Part shown: positions 1-10,360 of the stretch, in pieces
How the letters are laid out: every line of letters starts with the position of its first letter
Position numbering within the stretch: the stretch's first letter is position 1
Assembly (NCBI GenBank): GCA_964522195.1
Contig: CAZFSV010000001.1
Span: 44,680-108,679 of the forward strand
Reading direction: 5' to 3'
Length of the DNA: 64,000 bases
DNA from: an uncultured Candidatus Saccharibacteria bacterium
GTDB lineage: Bacteria; Patescibacteriota; Minisyncoccia; Phycocordibacterales; UBA9973
Notes under the pieces: model-generated
What the model was told of the DNA's origin: nothing
Databases searched by the model: none
The model's input: only the letters and a program-made list of their open reading frames with translations
Program-made: the position numbers and the translations under genes

Positions 1-1066
1 TGGACGTATTTTGCGTATGCATGCAAATGATCGTGAAGAAGTTAAAAAAGTTTTTGCTGGAGAAATCGCAGCAGCAGTAGGGCTTAAAGACACTATTACT
101 TCAGATACTTTGTGTGATGAAAATGCACCAGCAGAATTAAACCGTATTGTATTTCCAGAACCTGTTATCTCTCTTCGTATTGAACCTAAGACAAAAGCGG
201 ATCAAGAAAAAATGGGTATGGCGCTCAATCGTTTAGCGCAAGAAGATCCAACTTTCAAGGTTTCTACTGATCAAGAAACAGGCGAGACTATTATCGCAGG
301 TATGGGAGAATTACACCTTGAAATTATCGTTGATCGTTTAAAAAGAGAATTTTCTGTAGAAGCAAATGTTGGTAAACCTCAAGTTGCATATAGAGAAACT
401 ATTACAGCTACGGCAGACGCTGAAGGTAAATATATTAAGCAATCTGGAGGTCGTGGTAACTACGGTCACGTAAAAATTAAAGTTAAACCAATGGTAGCTA
501 TGACAAAAGAAGAAGCTGCCGATTTACCTAAAAATGTTAAAAGAGATGCAGAGTTTGAATTTGTTAATAATATAAAAGGAGGTGTTATTCCTCAAGAATA
601 TATTACTCCTTGTGAAAAAGGATTTAAAGAAGGCCTTGATCGTGGAGTTCTAGCTGGATTTAAAATGGTAAATGTTTCTGTTGATCTTTGGGATGGAAGT
701 TATCACGAAGTTGACTCAAACGAAATGGCTTTCAAAATTGCAGCTTCTATGGCTGTACAAGATGCATGTAAAACTGCTCGTCCTGTTATTTTGGAACCTA
801 TGATGAAAGTTGAGGTAGTCACACCTGATAAATTTATGGGAGATGTTACAGGTAATCTTTCCTCAAAACGTGGACTTATTGAAGGTATGGAATCTCGTGG
901 TATGAATCAGGTTGTTAAGGCTGTGGTTCCATTATCTGAAATGTTTGGATACATGACAGGTCTTCGTTCTATGACAGAAGGTCGTGCTTCATTCACTATG
1001 GAATTCTTGCGTTACGACATTGTACCTAATTCTGTAGCTGAAGGAATTATTGCTTCAAGAAAATAA
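1..1066 (+). CDS. fusA: Elongation factor G, C-terminal portion (gene starts upstream of window)
   Basis: ORF 11..1066 is open to the window edge; EF-G domain III-V sequence ([39 protein letters not shown]). Confidence 0.9.
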   Translation, partial: GRILRMHANDREEVKKVFAGEIAAAVGLKDTITSDTLCDENAPAELNRIVFPEPVISLRIEPKTKADQEKMGMALNRLAQEDPTFKVSTDQETGETIIAGMGELHLEIIVDRLKREFSVEANVGKPQVAYRETITATADAEGKYIKQSGGRGNYGHVKIKVKPMVAMTKEEAADLPKNVKRDAEFEFVNNIKGGVIPQEYITPCEKGFKEGLDRGVLAGFKMVNVSVDLWDGSYHEVDSNEMAFKIAASMAVQDACKTARPVILEPMMKVEVVTPDKFMGDVTGNLSSKRGLIEGMESRGMNQVVKAVVPLSEMFGYMTGLRSMTEGRASFTMEFLRYDIVPNSVAEGIIASRK

Positions 1067-1094
1067 TTTTAATTAAAAATATAATTAAATAATA

Positions 1095-1127
1095 AAAAGC
1101 GCGGGCAAAACCCGCGCTTTTTATTAT
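1095..1127 (+). terminator. Rho-independent terminator after fusA
   Basis: GC hairpin aaaaagcgcggg-caaaa-cccgcgcttttt followed by T-run. Confidence 0.7.
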
Positions 1128-1164
1128 TTTAGAATTTTTTTTAATAATGTGTTATATTTAAAAT

Positions 1165-2247
1165 ATGTTTAACCAAGTAGATAATAAAATTGTCTCTATT
1201 TCAACTGGAACTATTTTTAGAACTTTTTTAATTCTTATAGCTTTATTTTTAGTGTGGTTTTTGCAAGATTTAGTTTTAGTTGTTCTAACTTCTATTGTTT
1301 TAGCTTCTTTTGTTGAAGCTTTTATTCCTTATTTTAGAAAAATAGGCATAGGAAGGGTTTTGGGAGTAGTTTTATTTTATATTGTTGGAGCGTTAATTTT
1401 TTCTGGTTTTTTCTATTTATTTGCTCCATTGCTGATCACAGAAATTTATAATTTTGCTAATTTCATTTCAACTTATATTCCAGGAGTGACTTTTCTTGAT
1501 TTTTTTCAAAATGATATTTTTGGAGGAGCTACTGATGTTATTGAAAATTTAGATGGTGATTTATCTCTTGCTTCACTTTTAACTATTTCAAAAACTTTTA
1601 TTGATAATTTATCCGGTGGATTTTTCCAAGTTTTTTCAAATATTTTCGGAGGTATTTTTAATTTTATTTTAATTATAATTATTTCTTTTTATCTTTCAGT
1701 AGAAGAGAAGGGTATTGAAAAATTTTTGAGAATTATTTTACCTATTAAGTATGAAGACTATGTAGTAGATCTTTGGAATCGTTCAAGGAGAAAAATTGCT
1801 TTATGGATGAAGGGCCAAATGTTCTTGGCTTTCTTGATTGCAGTTTTGATATATTTATTGCTCCTTTTAATAGGAATTAAATATGCATTATTACTTGCTT
1901 TGATTGCGGGAATTATGTCTTTCTTGCCTTATGGTTCTATTATTGCTTTAATTCCAGCTATATCTTTTTCTTATCTCTCTGGAGGATGGGAAGACGCAGT
2001 GTTAGTTTTTGCAGTTTATACAATTATACATCAGTTTGAAGTTTTCTTATTTACTCCTTTGATTATAAATAGAGTTGTAGGGCTTTCGCCTTTAATGGTA
2101 ATATTATCTGTTTTGGTTGGTTTTGAATTAGCAGGTTTTTGGGGTATGATACTTGCTATACCTGTATCAGTTTTTATTATGGAATTAATGAATGATGCAG
2201 AAAAGAAAAAAATAATTTTGCGTAATGCTGAAAAAAACAATGACTAA
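1165..2247 (+). CDS. AI-2E/PerM (UPF0118) family integral membrane transporter
   Basis: 360-aa polytopic hydrophobic protein with ~8 predicted TM helices; architecture typical of UPF0118 permeases; family call from memory, not searched. Confidence 0.5.
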   Translation: MFNQVDNKIVSISTGTIFRTFLILIALFLVWFLQDLVLVVLTSIVLASFVEAFIPYFRKIGIGRVLGVVLFYIVGALIFSGFFYLFAPLLITEIYNFANFISTYIPGVTFLDFFQNDIFGGATDVIENLDGDLSLASLLTISKTFIDNLSGGFFQVFSNIFGGIFNFILIIIISFYLSVEEKGIEKFLRIILPIKYEDYVVDLWNRSRRKIALWMKGQMFLAFLIAVLIYLLLLLIGIKYALLLALIAGIMSFLPYGSIIALIPAISFSYLSGGWEDAVLVFAVYTIIHQFEVFLFTPLIINRVVGLSPLMVILSVLVGFELAGFWGMILAIPVSVFIMELMNDAEKKKIILRNAEKNND

Positions 2248-3682
2248 AAAAACATTTTACTTAACAACAACACTTCCTTATGTAAACGCAGAACTTCATA
2301 TGGGTCATGCTTTAGAATTCATTCGAGCTGATGCTATAGCTCGCTACAAAAAACTTCAAGGTTTTGATGTGTTTTTTAATACTGGTACAGATGAGCATGG
2401 TATTAAAATTTTAGAAAAAGCTAGCGAAGAAGGTTTAGAGGTACAAGAATTTGTAAATCAAAATTTTTTAAAGTTTAAAGAGTCTTTATCTTCTTTTGGT
2501 ATGACTTCTGATTTAAATTTTATTCGTACCACTGATGAGAATCATGTTAAATTAGCACAAGAGTTTTGGAATAGGGTTTATGAGAATGGATATATTTATA
2601 AAAAGAATTACGAGGCGAAATATTGCGTAGGTTGTGAAAGTGAAAAAACTGACAGTGAATTAAATGAAAAAGGTTTTTGTCCAGATCATGATGGACGAGA
2701 ATTACAGACTATCAATGAAGAAAACTACTTTTTCAAATACAGTAGCTTTACTGAGAAGCTTTTAAAATTCTATGAAGAGAATCCTAATTTTATAATTCCA
2801 GAATTTAGATTTAATGAAATGAAAATGTTCGTTTCTCGTGGATTGCAAGATTTTTCTATTTCTAGACTAAAGTCTAAGATGCCTTGGGGAATACCAGTAC
2901 CTAATGATTCGGATCATGTGATGTATGTTTGGTTTGATGCCCTTACTAACTATATCAATACTTTAGATTGGCAAAATAATCCAGAGCAATTTAAAAAGTA
3001 TTGGATAGAAGGCAATCCGACTCAATATTGTGGTAAAGACAATACTCGTTTTCAAGGAGCTATGTGGCAAGCTATGCTTATGGCGGCAGACTTTCCGAAT
3101 TCAAGTCAGATAGTGGTGAACGGTTTTATTACTGGGGATGGAGGAGTGAAGATGAGTAAGACTTTAGGAAACGTTGTGAATCCAAGAGAGATAGCGGAGG
3201 AATATGGAACTGATGCATTAAGGTATTTTATGCTTCGTGAAATTTCTAGTTTTGAAGATAGTCCTTTTACTCGTGAGAGATTTCTTGAATCTTACAATTC
3301 AGGTCTTGCGAATGGTCTAGGGAATTTAACTAGTCGTATTTTAACTTTATCTGAAAAGTATTTGGATCAATGCCCAGAAATTTCTACCGAATCTATCCCT
3401 GAAGAATTTTTTGTACATTTGCAAGTTTTTGATATCAAAAGTGCTTGTGATTTTATATGGGAGAGAATAGGGGATTTAGATAAAAAAATTCAAGAGACAG
3501 AGCCATTCAAGGTTGTAAAAGTTGATTTAGAGAAAGGTAAAGAATTAATTTCTGAGATGGTACTCGAACTTTATAAAATAGCGAGGATGTTAAATCCAAT
3601 AATGCCAGAAAAGTCTGCAAAAATAATTGAATTAATAAAGAGTAACAAAAAACCCGAAATACCTCTTTTTTTAAGGAAATAG
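2225..3682 (+). CDS. metG: Methionyl-tRNA synthetase (short form without C-terminal tRNA-binding domain)
   Basis: Class I aaRS HIGH-like motif (YVNAELHMGHA), KMSKS motif (KMSKTLGNVV), VWFDALTNYI motif and zinc-knuckle insertion CVGCESE...CPDHD typical of MetRS. Confidence 0.8.
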   Translation: MLKKTMTKKTFYLTTTLPYVNAELHMGHALEFIRADAIARYKKLQGFDVFFNTGTDEHGIKILEKASEEGLEVQEFVNQNFLKFKESLSSFGMTSDLNFIRTTDENHVKLAQEFWNRVYENGYIYKKNYEAKYCVGCESEKTDSELNEKGFCPDHDGRELQTINEENYFFKYSSFTEKLLKFYEENPNFIIPEFRFNEMKMFVSRGLQDFSISRLKSKMPWGIPVPNDSDHVMYVWFDALTNYINTLDWQNNPEQFKKYWIEGNPTQYCGKDNTRFQGAMWQAMLMAADFPNSSQIVVNGFITGDGGVKMSKTLGNVVNPREIAEEYGTDALRYFMLREISSFEDSPFTRERFLESYNSGLANGLGNLTSRILTLSEKYLDQCPEISTESIPEEFFVHLQVFDIKSACDFIWERIGDLDKKIQETEPFKVVKVDLEKGKELISEMVLELYKIARMLNPIMPEKSAKIIELIKSNKKPEIPLFLRK

Positions 3683-3694
3683 TAATCATTATAT

Positions 3695-4048
3695 ATGAAA
3701 AATAAAACTATCTTGTGGAGTAAAATAATTATTTTCATTGAGTATCTTTTTTTGTTTATTCTTATAATTACACTTGCTAATTTCGAAAACTTAGGAGCTG
3801 TGATTGTTTTTATACCTTGGTTGTTTGTTGTTTCAATTATTATAAGTATAATTGGAATTTTACTAAGTATAAAAATGAAATTAGAAAACTTAGATGAAAA
3901 GATTGATGATTTGGGTCCTTTGGGACCTAAACCTCAGATATTTTATTCTTCTCAAAAACAGTTATTGTTTTATTCAATTTTGTTTTTACTCTTTAGCACT
4001 GCTGGGCTTGTATTAATTATCAATCAGTTCCACTTTAGCTTATTTTAA
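3695..4048 (+). CDS. Small membrane protein, unknown function
   Basis: 117-aa ORF with three hydrophobic helices, tightly packed between metG and tatD. Confidence 0.4.
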   Translation: MKNKTILWSKIIIFIEYLFLFILIITLANFENLGAVIVFIPWLFVVSIIISIIGILLSIKMKLENLDEKIDDLGPLGPKPQIFYSSQKQLLFYSILFLLFSTAGLVLIINQFHFSLF

Positions 4049-4049
4049 T

Positions 4050-4838
4050 ATGCCAAAATACATAGATATACATTCACATATTAATTTAGAGCCTTTGTTT
4101 TCTAATAAAGAAGAAGTTATAGCAAAAATGAAAGAAAACGAAGTAGGAACTATCGTTATAGGGACTGATTTTGAAATATCAGAAAAAGCTATTGAAATAG
4201 CTGAAAAGTATGATTTTATTTATTCTGGAGTAGGGCTTCATCCGAATGATAATTTAAATGAGGAGTTTGATTATGAAAAGTATTTAGCTTTAGCTAAAAA
4301 TGAAAAAGTAGTCTGTATTGGAGAAACCGGACTGGATTATTTTCGGAATGAAGGAGAAGATTTTAAGATTCGTCAAAAAGAAATTTTTAAGCGTCATATA
4401 GAACTAGCTATAGAATTAAACAAACCTCTAATGATTCATGCTCGTCCGAGCAAGGGTAGCATGGATGCATATATCGATGCGCTTGATATTTTAGAAATTT
4501 ATAAAAAAGAAAATCCTGCACTTCACGCGAATTTTCACTTCTTTGTAGGAGATTTGGAAATTGCTAAAAGAATTATAGAAAATAATTGGACTGTGTCTTA
4601 TGATGGTCCTATTACTTTCTCGCATGACTATGATGAGGTTATTAAGTTTTTGCCAATAGAGAATATCATGGCGGAGACTGACGCACCTTTTGCTGCACCT
4701 GTGCCTTACAGAGGCAAGACTTGTGAACCCTTTATGGTTATTGAAGTTATAAATAAAATAGCCGAAATAAAAGGACTGGATTTAGAAATTACTACAACTC
4801 AAATTCGCGAAAATGCGAAAAGAATATTTAAGATTTAA
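4050..4838 (+). CDS. tatD: TatD family metal-dependent hydrolase/DNase
   Basis: TatD motifs IDIHSHINL, GETGLDY, HARPS, ETDAPF. Confidence 0.8.
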   Translation: MPKYIDIHSHINLEPLFSNKEEVIAKMKENEVGTIVIGTDFEISEKAIEIAEKYDFIYSGVGLHPNDNLNEEFDYEKYLALAKNEKVVCIGETGLDYFRNEGEDFKIRQKEIFKRHIELAIELNKPLMIHARPSKGSMDAYIDALDILEIYKKENPALHANFHFFVGDLEIAKRIIENNWTVSYDGPITFSHDYDEVIKFLPIENIMAETDAPFAAPVPYRGKTCEPFMVIEVINKIAEIKGLDLEITTTQIRENAKRIFKI

Positions 4839-7025
4839 TTATTCAAAATGAAAGTGATTTATTTTCTCTTTTATTTTTTGTTTTAAAATAGGATATTTTT
4901 TTAAATCTTGATCTTCTTTAATTATTTTTGTAGCTTCATTACGAGCAGCTTCTACCATTTTGATATTTTTAATTGCTTCCATAGCCATATCACTCACGCC
5001 CCATTGTTTAACTCCTGATAATTCTCCTGCTCCTCTTAAATTTAAATCAAGCTCAGATAATTCAAAACCATTTTTTGCTGTTTTGAGAGCTTGTAATCTG
5101 TCAATGGTTTTTTGGCTTTTTGCATCAGCAAAAATATAACAATAAGCTTGATGGTTTCCACGAATTACTCTACCTCGAAGTTGATGAAGTTGAGAGAGTC
5201 CAAATCTTTCAGCCCCTTCAATTATTATCATAGTAGCGTTAGGAACATTTACCCCAACTTCTATCACAGAAGTAGCAACTAAAATATTTATTTTCCCTTC
5301 ACTAAAATTTCTCATAATTTCTTCTTTTTTTTGCTTAGTCATTTTGGAATGCAAAACCCCAATTTCGTATTTTGGAAAAACATCTTTCTTTAATCTTTTT
5401 GCCTCCGCAATAGTGTTTTTAACATTTAATTTTATTTCCTGTTCTGGATCTGGTTCATCTATACGAGGGCAAATTACATAAAGTTGTCTTCCATTTTGAA
5501 GCTCTTTTCTAATTTCTTCGTAAGTTTGTTCTCTTTTGTTTGGGGTTATTATTTCAGTTATGATCGGTTTTCTACCCGTTGGCATTTCTTTTAAAAGTGA
5601 TAAGTCTAAATCTCCGTAAATTGTTAAAGCTAAAGTTCTTGGTATTGGAGTTGCTGTCATTGAAAGCAGGTGAGGATAAATACTGTCTTTTTTTACTAAT
5701 TCGCTTCTTTGTTTTGTTCCGAATCTGTGTTGTTCGTCTATAATAACTAATGCTAAATGTTTGAATTTTACATTCTTTTGAATTAAAGTATGAGTACCTA
5801 TTAAAATAGGTATTTCTCCATTTACCACCCATTTTAATAATTGAGATCTTGAAATATCTGTCCAGCCTTCAGGATTTATTTTAGAAGGGAACTTTCTGCA
5901 AGTTTTTCCTGTAATTAAACCAATATTAATACCTAAATTTTTAAAATATTTTATAAATGATTCAAAATGTTGGACTGCTAGTATTTCTGTCGGTACCATA
6001 TAGGCAACTTGCAAGTTACCAAAATCTTGTTTTTTATTAAGTTCTATATTAATAGGTTTTTCATTTATTACTGCATAACTAATTGCACCTGCCACTAAAG
6101 TTTTACCTGAGCCCACATCTCCTTCAAGTAGTCTTGTCATAGGATATTCTTTTTTTAAATCTTCTAAAATTGTATTTATAGAATAACTTTGAGAATCTGT
6201 TGGTTTGAAAGGAAAATTATTTAAAAAATTTTTTACTTCTTCTTGATTAATATTTATTTGAAAAGCTTTGTGTTTTTGATATTCTAAGCGAGCTTTTTGT
6301 CTTTCTAATTGTATAAAAAATACTTCTTCAAAAGCAAACCTTTTAAAAGCAATATCTCTGTCTTTTTTATTTTTTGGCATATGTATCCAAATTAAAGCTG
6401 TCTTTAGGCTAGGTAAATTATATTTCTCTAAAATTTCTTTTGGTATATAGTCTACTGCATTATCTAAACTTTTATCTTTAATAATTTTACTAACTGCATG
6501 ATAAAACCATTTTGAAGTTATTCCACGAGTTTCTCTATAAATAGGGTAAGATAGACCATATTCTTGTTTTTGTTCTTGATTAAATAAAGTGTCATGATGA
6601 TCTATTGGTAAATCAATTGTTTTTTCAATTTCAGGATTTACTAAATAAATTCCATTTTTATTTTGCATAATTTTTCCTGTTAATTTAACATTTTGACCTT
6701 CTTTTATCATTTTAGCTAAATAAGGTTGATTAAACCAAATTATTTTAATTTTACCCGTTAAGTCTTCTAGATAACCTTCACCTAGAGGAATATTGCTTTT
6801 GAAAGCTTTTTTGGTTTTTAGTTTTGAAATTTTCCCATAAATGGTTGCATTTTCTCCTCCAGTCAAATCAATAATATTTTTAATTTCACTAATATCGCTA
6901 TAACGTACAGGAAAGTAAAACAATAAGTCACTAATAGTAAAAAGCCCTAGTTTCTTTAGAGCTTTTTTTTGATTATCGTCTAGTCTAAATTTTTTTTCTA
7001 AATTTTCAGCAAGCATTTTAGCCAA
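4839..7025 (-). CDS. recG: ATP-dependent DNA helicase RecG
   Basis: 728 aa; N-terminal wedge domain; helicase motifs LLEGDVGSGKT, DEQHRFG, TATPIPRTL; characteristic RecG C-terminal region. Confidence 0.85.
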   Translation of the reverse strand: MAKMLAENLEKKFRLDDNQKKALKKLGLFTISDLLFYFPVRYSDISEIKNIIDLTGGENATIYGKISKLKTKKAFKSNIPLGEGYLEDLTGKIKIIWFNQPYLAKMIKEGQNVKLTGKIMQNKNGIYLVNPEIEKTIDLPIDHHDTLFNQEQKQEYGLSYPIYRETRGITSKWFYHAVSKIIKDKSLDNAVDYIPKEILEKYNLPSLKTALIWIHMPKNKKDRDIAFKRFAFEEVFFIQLERQKARLEYQKHKAFQININQEEVKNFLNNFPFKPTDSQSYSINTILEDLKKEYPMTRLLEGDVGSGKTLVAGAISYAVINEKPINIELNKKQDFGNLQVAYMVPTEILAVQHFESFIKYFKNLGINIGLITGKTCRKFPSKINPEGWTDISRSQLLKWVVNGEIPILIGTHTLIQKNVKFKHLALVIIDEQHRFGTKQRSELVKKDSIYPHLLSMTATPIPRTLALTIYGDLDLSLLKEMPTGRKPIITEIITPNKREQTYEEIRKELQNGRQLYVICPRIDEPDPEQEIKLNVKNTIAEAKRLKKDVFPKYEIGVLHSKMTKQKKEEIMRNFSEGKINILVATSVIEVGVNVPNATMIIIEGAERFGLSQLHQLRGRVIRGNHQAYCYIFADAKSQKTIDRLQALKTAKNGFELSELDLNLRGAGELSGVKQWGVSDMAMEAIKNIKMVEAARNEATKIIKEDQDLKKYPILKQKIKEKINHFHFE

Positions 7026-7392
7026 TTATAGATTTTATCTTTAGCACAAGTTCATCTAAAGTAAAATTGGATTTAACCATAAATTCGTTAACTCCTATTT
7101 TTTTGGTTTCTTTTATGTATGATTCTTCAGCTAGATTAGAAAAAACTATTATTGGAGTCGAAGAAACTTTTTGATTTTCTTTTATTTTTTTTAAAATATC
7201 AATCCCGCTAGTTCCAGGTAATAATAAATCTAAAAGAATTAAATCAATCTTATTTGCAGAATCTTCTATTTGCTTAAAAGCCATATCACTATTACCTGCA
7301 ACCAAGGTTGCGTAACCTTCTTTTGTTAATTTTTTTGCTTCTAATCCTTGTAAAAATTCATCGTCTTCTATTATTAGTATTGTTTTAGTCAT
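7018..7392 (-). CDS. Single-domain response regulator (CheY-like receiver)
   Basis: 124 aa; receiver fold with conserved D (IIEDDE), phospho-acceptor LLDLLLPG, K-box. Confidence 0.75.
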   Translation of the reverse strand: MTKTILIIEDDEFLQGLEAKKLTKEGYATLVAGNSDMAFKQIEDSANKIDLILLDLLLPGTSGIDILKKIKENQKVSSTPIIVFSNLAEESYIKETKKIGVNEFMVKSNFTLDELVLKIKSIIG

Positions 7393-7401
7393 ATAAATAA
7401 T

Positions 7402-7776
7402 TTATCCTATTAATTTTATTATTTTTTCAGCTAATTCATCTAAAGTAAAATTAGATTTTATTAAAAATTCATTTGCTCCTAAAGTGTTTGCTTTTTTTAT
7501 GTCTTCATCATTAAATAAATTAGAAAAAATGATTATTGGAACCATAGAATATTTTTCATCTTCTCTAATTTGTTTTAAAATTTCAAAACCATTGGTACCG
7601 GGTAATAATAAATCTAAAAGAATTAAATCAATCTGATTTGATCCATCTTTAATAAACTTAAAAGCATTTTCGCTGTTTATTGCAGGTAAAATATTATAAC
7701 CTTTTTCGGTTAATTTTTTACTTTCCATGCTTTGTAGGAATTCATCGTCTTCTATTATTAATATCGTTTTAGTCAT
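7402..7776 (-). CDS. Single-domain response regulator (CheY-like receiver), tandem paralog
   Basis: 124 aa; first 15 residues identical to the neighbouring receiver (MTKTILIIEDDEFLQ); same receiver motifs. Confidence 0.75.
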   Translation of the reverse strand: MTKTILIIEDDEFLQSMESKKLTEKGYNILPAINSENAFKFIKDGSNQIDLILLDLLLPGTNGFEILKQIREDEKYSMVPIIIFSNLFNDEDIKKANTLGANEFLIKSNFTLDELAEKIIKLIG

Positions 7777-7817
7777 TACTTTAATTATAAACTAATAAAA
7801 AAAAATGTAAATTTAAT

Positions 7818-8579
7818 TTATTTATATATAGGTACAGTAAAAAAGAAGGTTGTTCCTTGTTTTTGAGTACTTTCAAACCATATTTCACCACCCATTTTTT
7901 CTATAATTTGCTTAACTGTGTATAAACCAACCCCAGTTCCAGTAACTTCTCTTTTTTGAGCTTCTGTGTCTCGGTAAAATTTTTGAAATATTTTATCTTT
8001 ACCATCTTCTGATATACCTGTACCTGTATCTTTTACAGACATTTGTAAAAATTCACTTTCCTCCTTAATAGTTATAAAAACTTTTCCATTAGGATCGCTG
8101 TATTTAATTGCATTTTCAATAAGATTTTGTAATACTACTCGCATTTTCTCATTATCAACTTTTGCATATCTTATTTTCTGCTGAGGTTTTAAAAATATTA
8201 TTTCAATATTTTTCATATGAGCTTCTCCAGAAAAATCAAAAACAGTATTTTCGGTTAATTCCAGTAAATCAACTTCTTCAAAGTTATATGTTTTTTCTAT
8301 GATGTCTTCTGTTTTATTTGCTAGTAAGAGTTCATTTAAATTATTAATAGCTCTTTCATTTGTTTCATATCCTTTTTTTAATAAGTTTTCTTGTTCTGGA
8401 GTTAATTTACCTAAGTCTCCATCTAAAAACATTTTTATTATCCATTTTAATCCAGATAAAGATGTTTTAACTTGGTGAATTAAAATAGATACAATATCTG
8501 TTTTTTTAGTTATTACTTCTTTTAAACGTTCATTTTCTTTTTTTAATTCTTCAGTTTCCATCCTGTAGTGAATTTTCAA
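7818..8579 (-). CDS. Soluble sensor histidine kinase (HisKA + HATPase_c), no TM segment
   Basis: H-box LIHQVKTSLSGL, N/G boxes (NLIENAIKYS, DTGTGI, GTGVGL); annotated start is TTG, first ATG is 18 nt downstream (METEE...). Confidence 0.7.
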   Translation of the reverse strand: MKIHYRMETEELKKENERLKEVITKKTDIVSILIHQVKTSLSGLKWIIKMFLDGDLGKLTPEQENLLKKGYETNERAINNLNELLLANKTEDIIEKTYNFEEVDLLELTENTVFDFSGEAHMKNIEIIFLKPQQKIRYAKVDNEKMRVVLQNLIENAIKYSDPNGKVFITIKEESEFLQMSVKDTGTGISEDGKDKIFQKFYRDTEAQKREVTGTGVGLYTVKQIIEKMGGEIWFESTQKQGTTFFFTVPIYK

Positions 8580-8694
8580 ATTATTGTTAAAAACTTTATT
8601 TGAAAATATAATTAATTGTTAATAATAAAACTAAACTTGTATTTTATTTAAAACTATTACCCAGTAATTATTTGAAAATCTACTACCGGATCCA
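8553..8694. repeat. Left copy of ~140-bp long-range inverted repeat (promoter region + first 9 codons MKIHYRMET)
   Basis: Reverse complement matches 45375..45524 at ~90% identity (tccatcctgtagtgaattttcaaatt...ctactaccggatcca). Confidence 0.8.
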
Positions 8695-8730
8695 TCTTTT
8701 AATTATATCAATTTAATTATATTTATAAAA

Positions 8731-9621
8731 CTAGTCTAATTTAGTTAATAATTCTTTTAAATCTGTGTATTTATAAACAAATCCTTCTTTTTTAATTTTT
8801 GTATTATCTATGTTTTGTCCACCTATTAAAGCATCTATAAATTCACCATATAAAATATATCCAAAAATTCTAGGGATTCTCCATAAAATAAACCCTCCAT
8901 ATCTTTCTTTGAAAGTTTTCATAAATTCTTTTTGAGTAGGATTCGATGCAGCTGTATTGTAAATTCCGTTTAAATCCTTCTCTATGCTAAAAATATATAA
9001 ATCTACCAAGTCTTCTAAAGATATAAAAGGCATTCTTTGTAGTCCATTACCAAAATATCCTCCAATTTGTTTTTGGAAAAGATTTTTTAAAACTTTAGCT
9101 AAGCCACCTTGACCTATAACATGAGCTGTGCGTAATATTACAACTTTTGTATCTTTGTTTTGAATTTTAAGTGCTTCATTTTCCCAGTCTATGCAAACCT
9201 TAGCTAAGAAATCTTCTCCAGCTGTATTTTCTTCGTTTAATAATTCTTCTTTGCGGTTTCCATAATATCCTATAGCAGAAGCACTTACTAGAAATTTAGG
9301 TTTTTCTATAGTTTCTGAAATTGTTTTTACTATGTTTTTTGTGGTTTCTATTCTGGAATCATAAATTAATTTTTTGTATTTCTTTGTAAATCTTCCAAAT
9401 ATAGGTACACCTGCAAGATTTATAACTGCGTAAGAATTTTCCACAAGAGAATTATCAATTTTTTCACTCATTAAATTTATTTTTTTAAATTCTAAATTTT
9501 CATGAGAAATCGGAGTAGGGGAAATATCTAAAACTAGAACTTTGTAATTTTTTTCTAAAAGTTTTAAAGTTAAAGCTTTACCTACAAAACCCGAACCCCC
9601 TAAAATAATTATTTTTTTCAT
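8731..9621 (-). CDS. NAD-dependent epimerase/dehydratase family protein (YfcH/TIGR01777-like)
   Basis: Rossmann motif MKKIIILGGSGFVGKAL; 296 aa; overall layout of the SDR39U1 'epimerase family protein'. Confidence 0.65.
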   Translation of the reverse strand: MKKIIILGGSGFVGKALTLKLLEKNYKVLVLDISPTPISHENLEFKKINLMSEKIDNSLVENSYAVINLAGVPIFGRFTKKYKKLIYDSRIETTKNIVKTISETIEKPKFLVSASAIGYYGNRKEELLNEENTAGEDFLAKVCIDWENEALKIQNKDTKVVILRTAHVIGQGGLAKVLKNLFQKQIGGYFGNGLQRMPFISLEDLVDLYIFSIEKDLNGIYNTAASNPTQKEFMKTFKERYGGFILWRIPRIFGYILYGEFIDALIGGQNIDNTKIKKEGFVYKYTDLKELLTKLD

Positions 9622-9746
9622 GTATAAATTATATCAGAGAAAATAATTTCTGGCGGTGTATGTGAGTTAAGTACCCACGCTATCAATGTTAATAAGGATA
9701 TTTTAGCATGTTTTTGACTAGGTCACTAAGGCAAGTGAGTCGGTCT

Positions 9747-10283
9747 TCATTTTTTAAAATCCCAGTTGTTTTCGTACTTTTCAGCTAACGGTGTTTTAAT
9801 TTTATACTTTTCTTTACTTACACCTAATCTAAAGTTTCTCATCTCGGTTATTTTAAACTTTTCCTTATTGTTTCTTTTTGTCTTTATCCATAATTCGCGC
9901 TCATCTTTAATATATTTAGCCACAACACTACTTGGCACAATATAAAATTTAAAATTTTCAGTTTTATTAGATATATTCACAAAGCAGTAAAACAAATCAG
10001 GATCTTTTATTGTTTCGTGTTTTTTATGCATTATCCAACCACTAACAGTTTTACCAAAAATTCTTGATTCAGATGTTTGATTTCGGTTATTTTTAAAGTT
10101 AGTTTTTACTTCTAATTTATACATCTTTTTTGTGAATGGATTTGAAACTAAGATGTCTACATTTTTTGTATTACCTAATGTCATATTTGCATCCAACCCT
10201 CGTAGTACAAGTTGTGAAAGCACGGCAAATTCTCCAGCCAGAGAAACAGAATTTCTATTTATTTTTTCTTTATTATTTTCCAT
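9747..10283 (-). CDS. Predicted PD-(D/E)xK nuclease (Hjc/restriction-endonuclease-like fold)
   Basis: N-terminal LAGEFAVLSQLVLRG helix followed by VDILV...YKLEVKT (D...ExK) core; 178 aa. Confidence 0.45.
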   Translation of the reverse strand: MENNKEKINRNSVSLAGEFAVLSQLVLRGLDANMTLGNTKNVDILVSNPFTKKMYKLEVKTNFKNNRNQTSESRIFGKTVSGWIMHKKHETIKDPDLFYCFVNISNKTENFKFYIVPSSVVAKYIKDERELWIKTKRNNKEKFKITEMRNFRLGVSKEKYKIKTPLAEKYENNWDFKK

Positions 10284-10360
10284 ATATAACTACATTTTAA
10301 CACTTTTTATAATAAGTTTAGACCATACCCACATAGACACAATAGACACCTCTTTATAGA

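Noticed and set aside
2031-2240. 69-aa minus-strand ORF
   Set aside because: Entirely antisense to the 3' end of the AI-2E transporter gene; low-complexity sequence.
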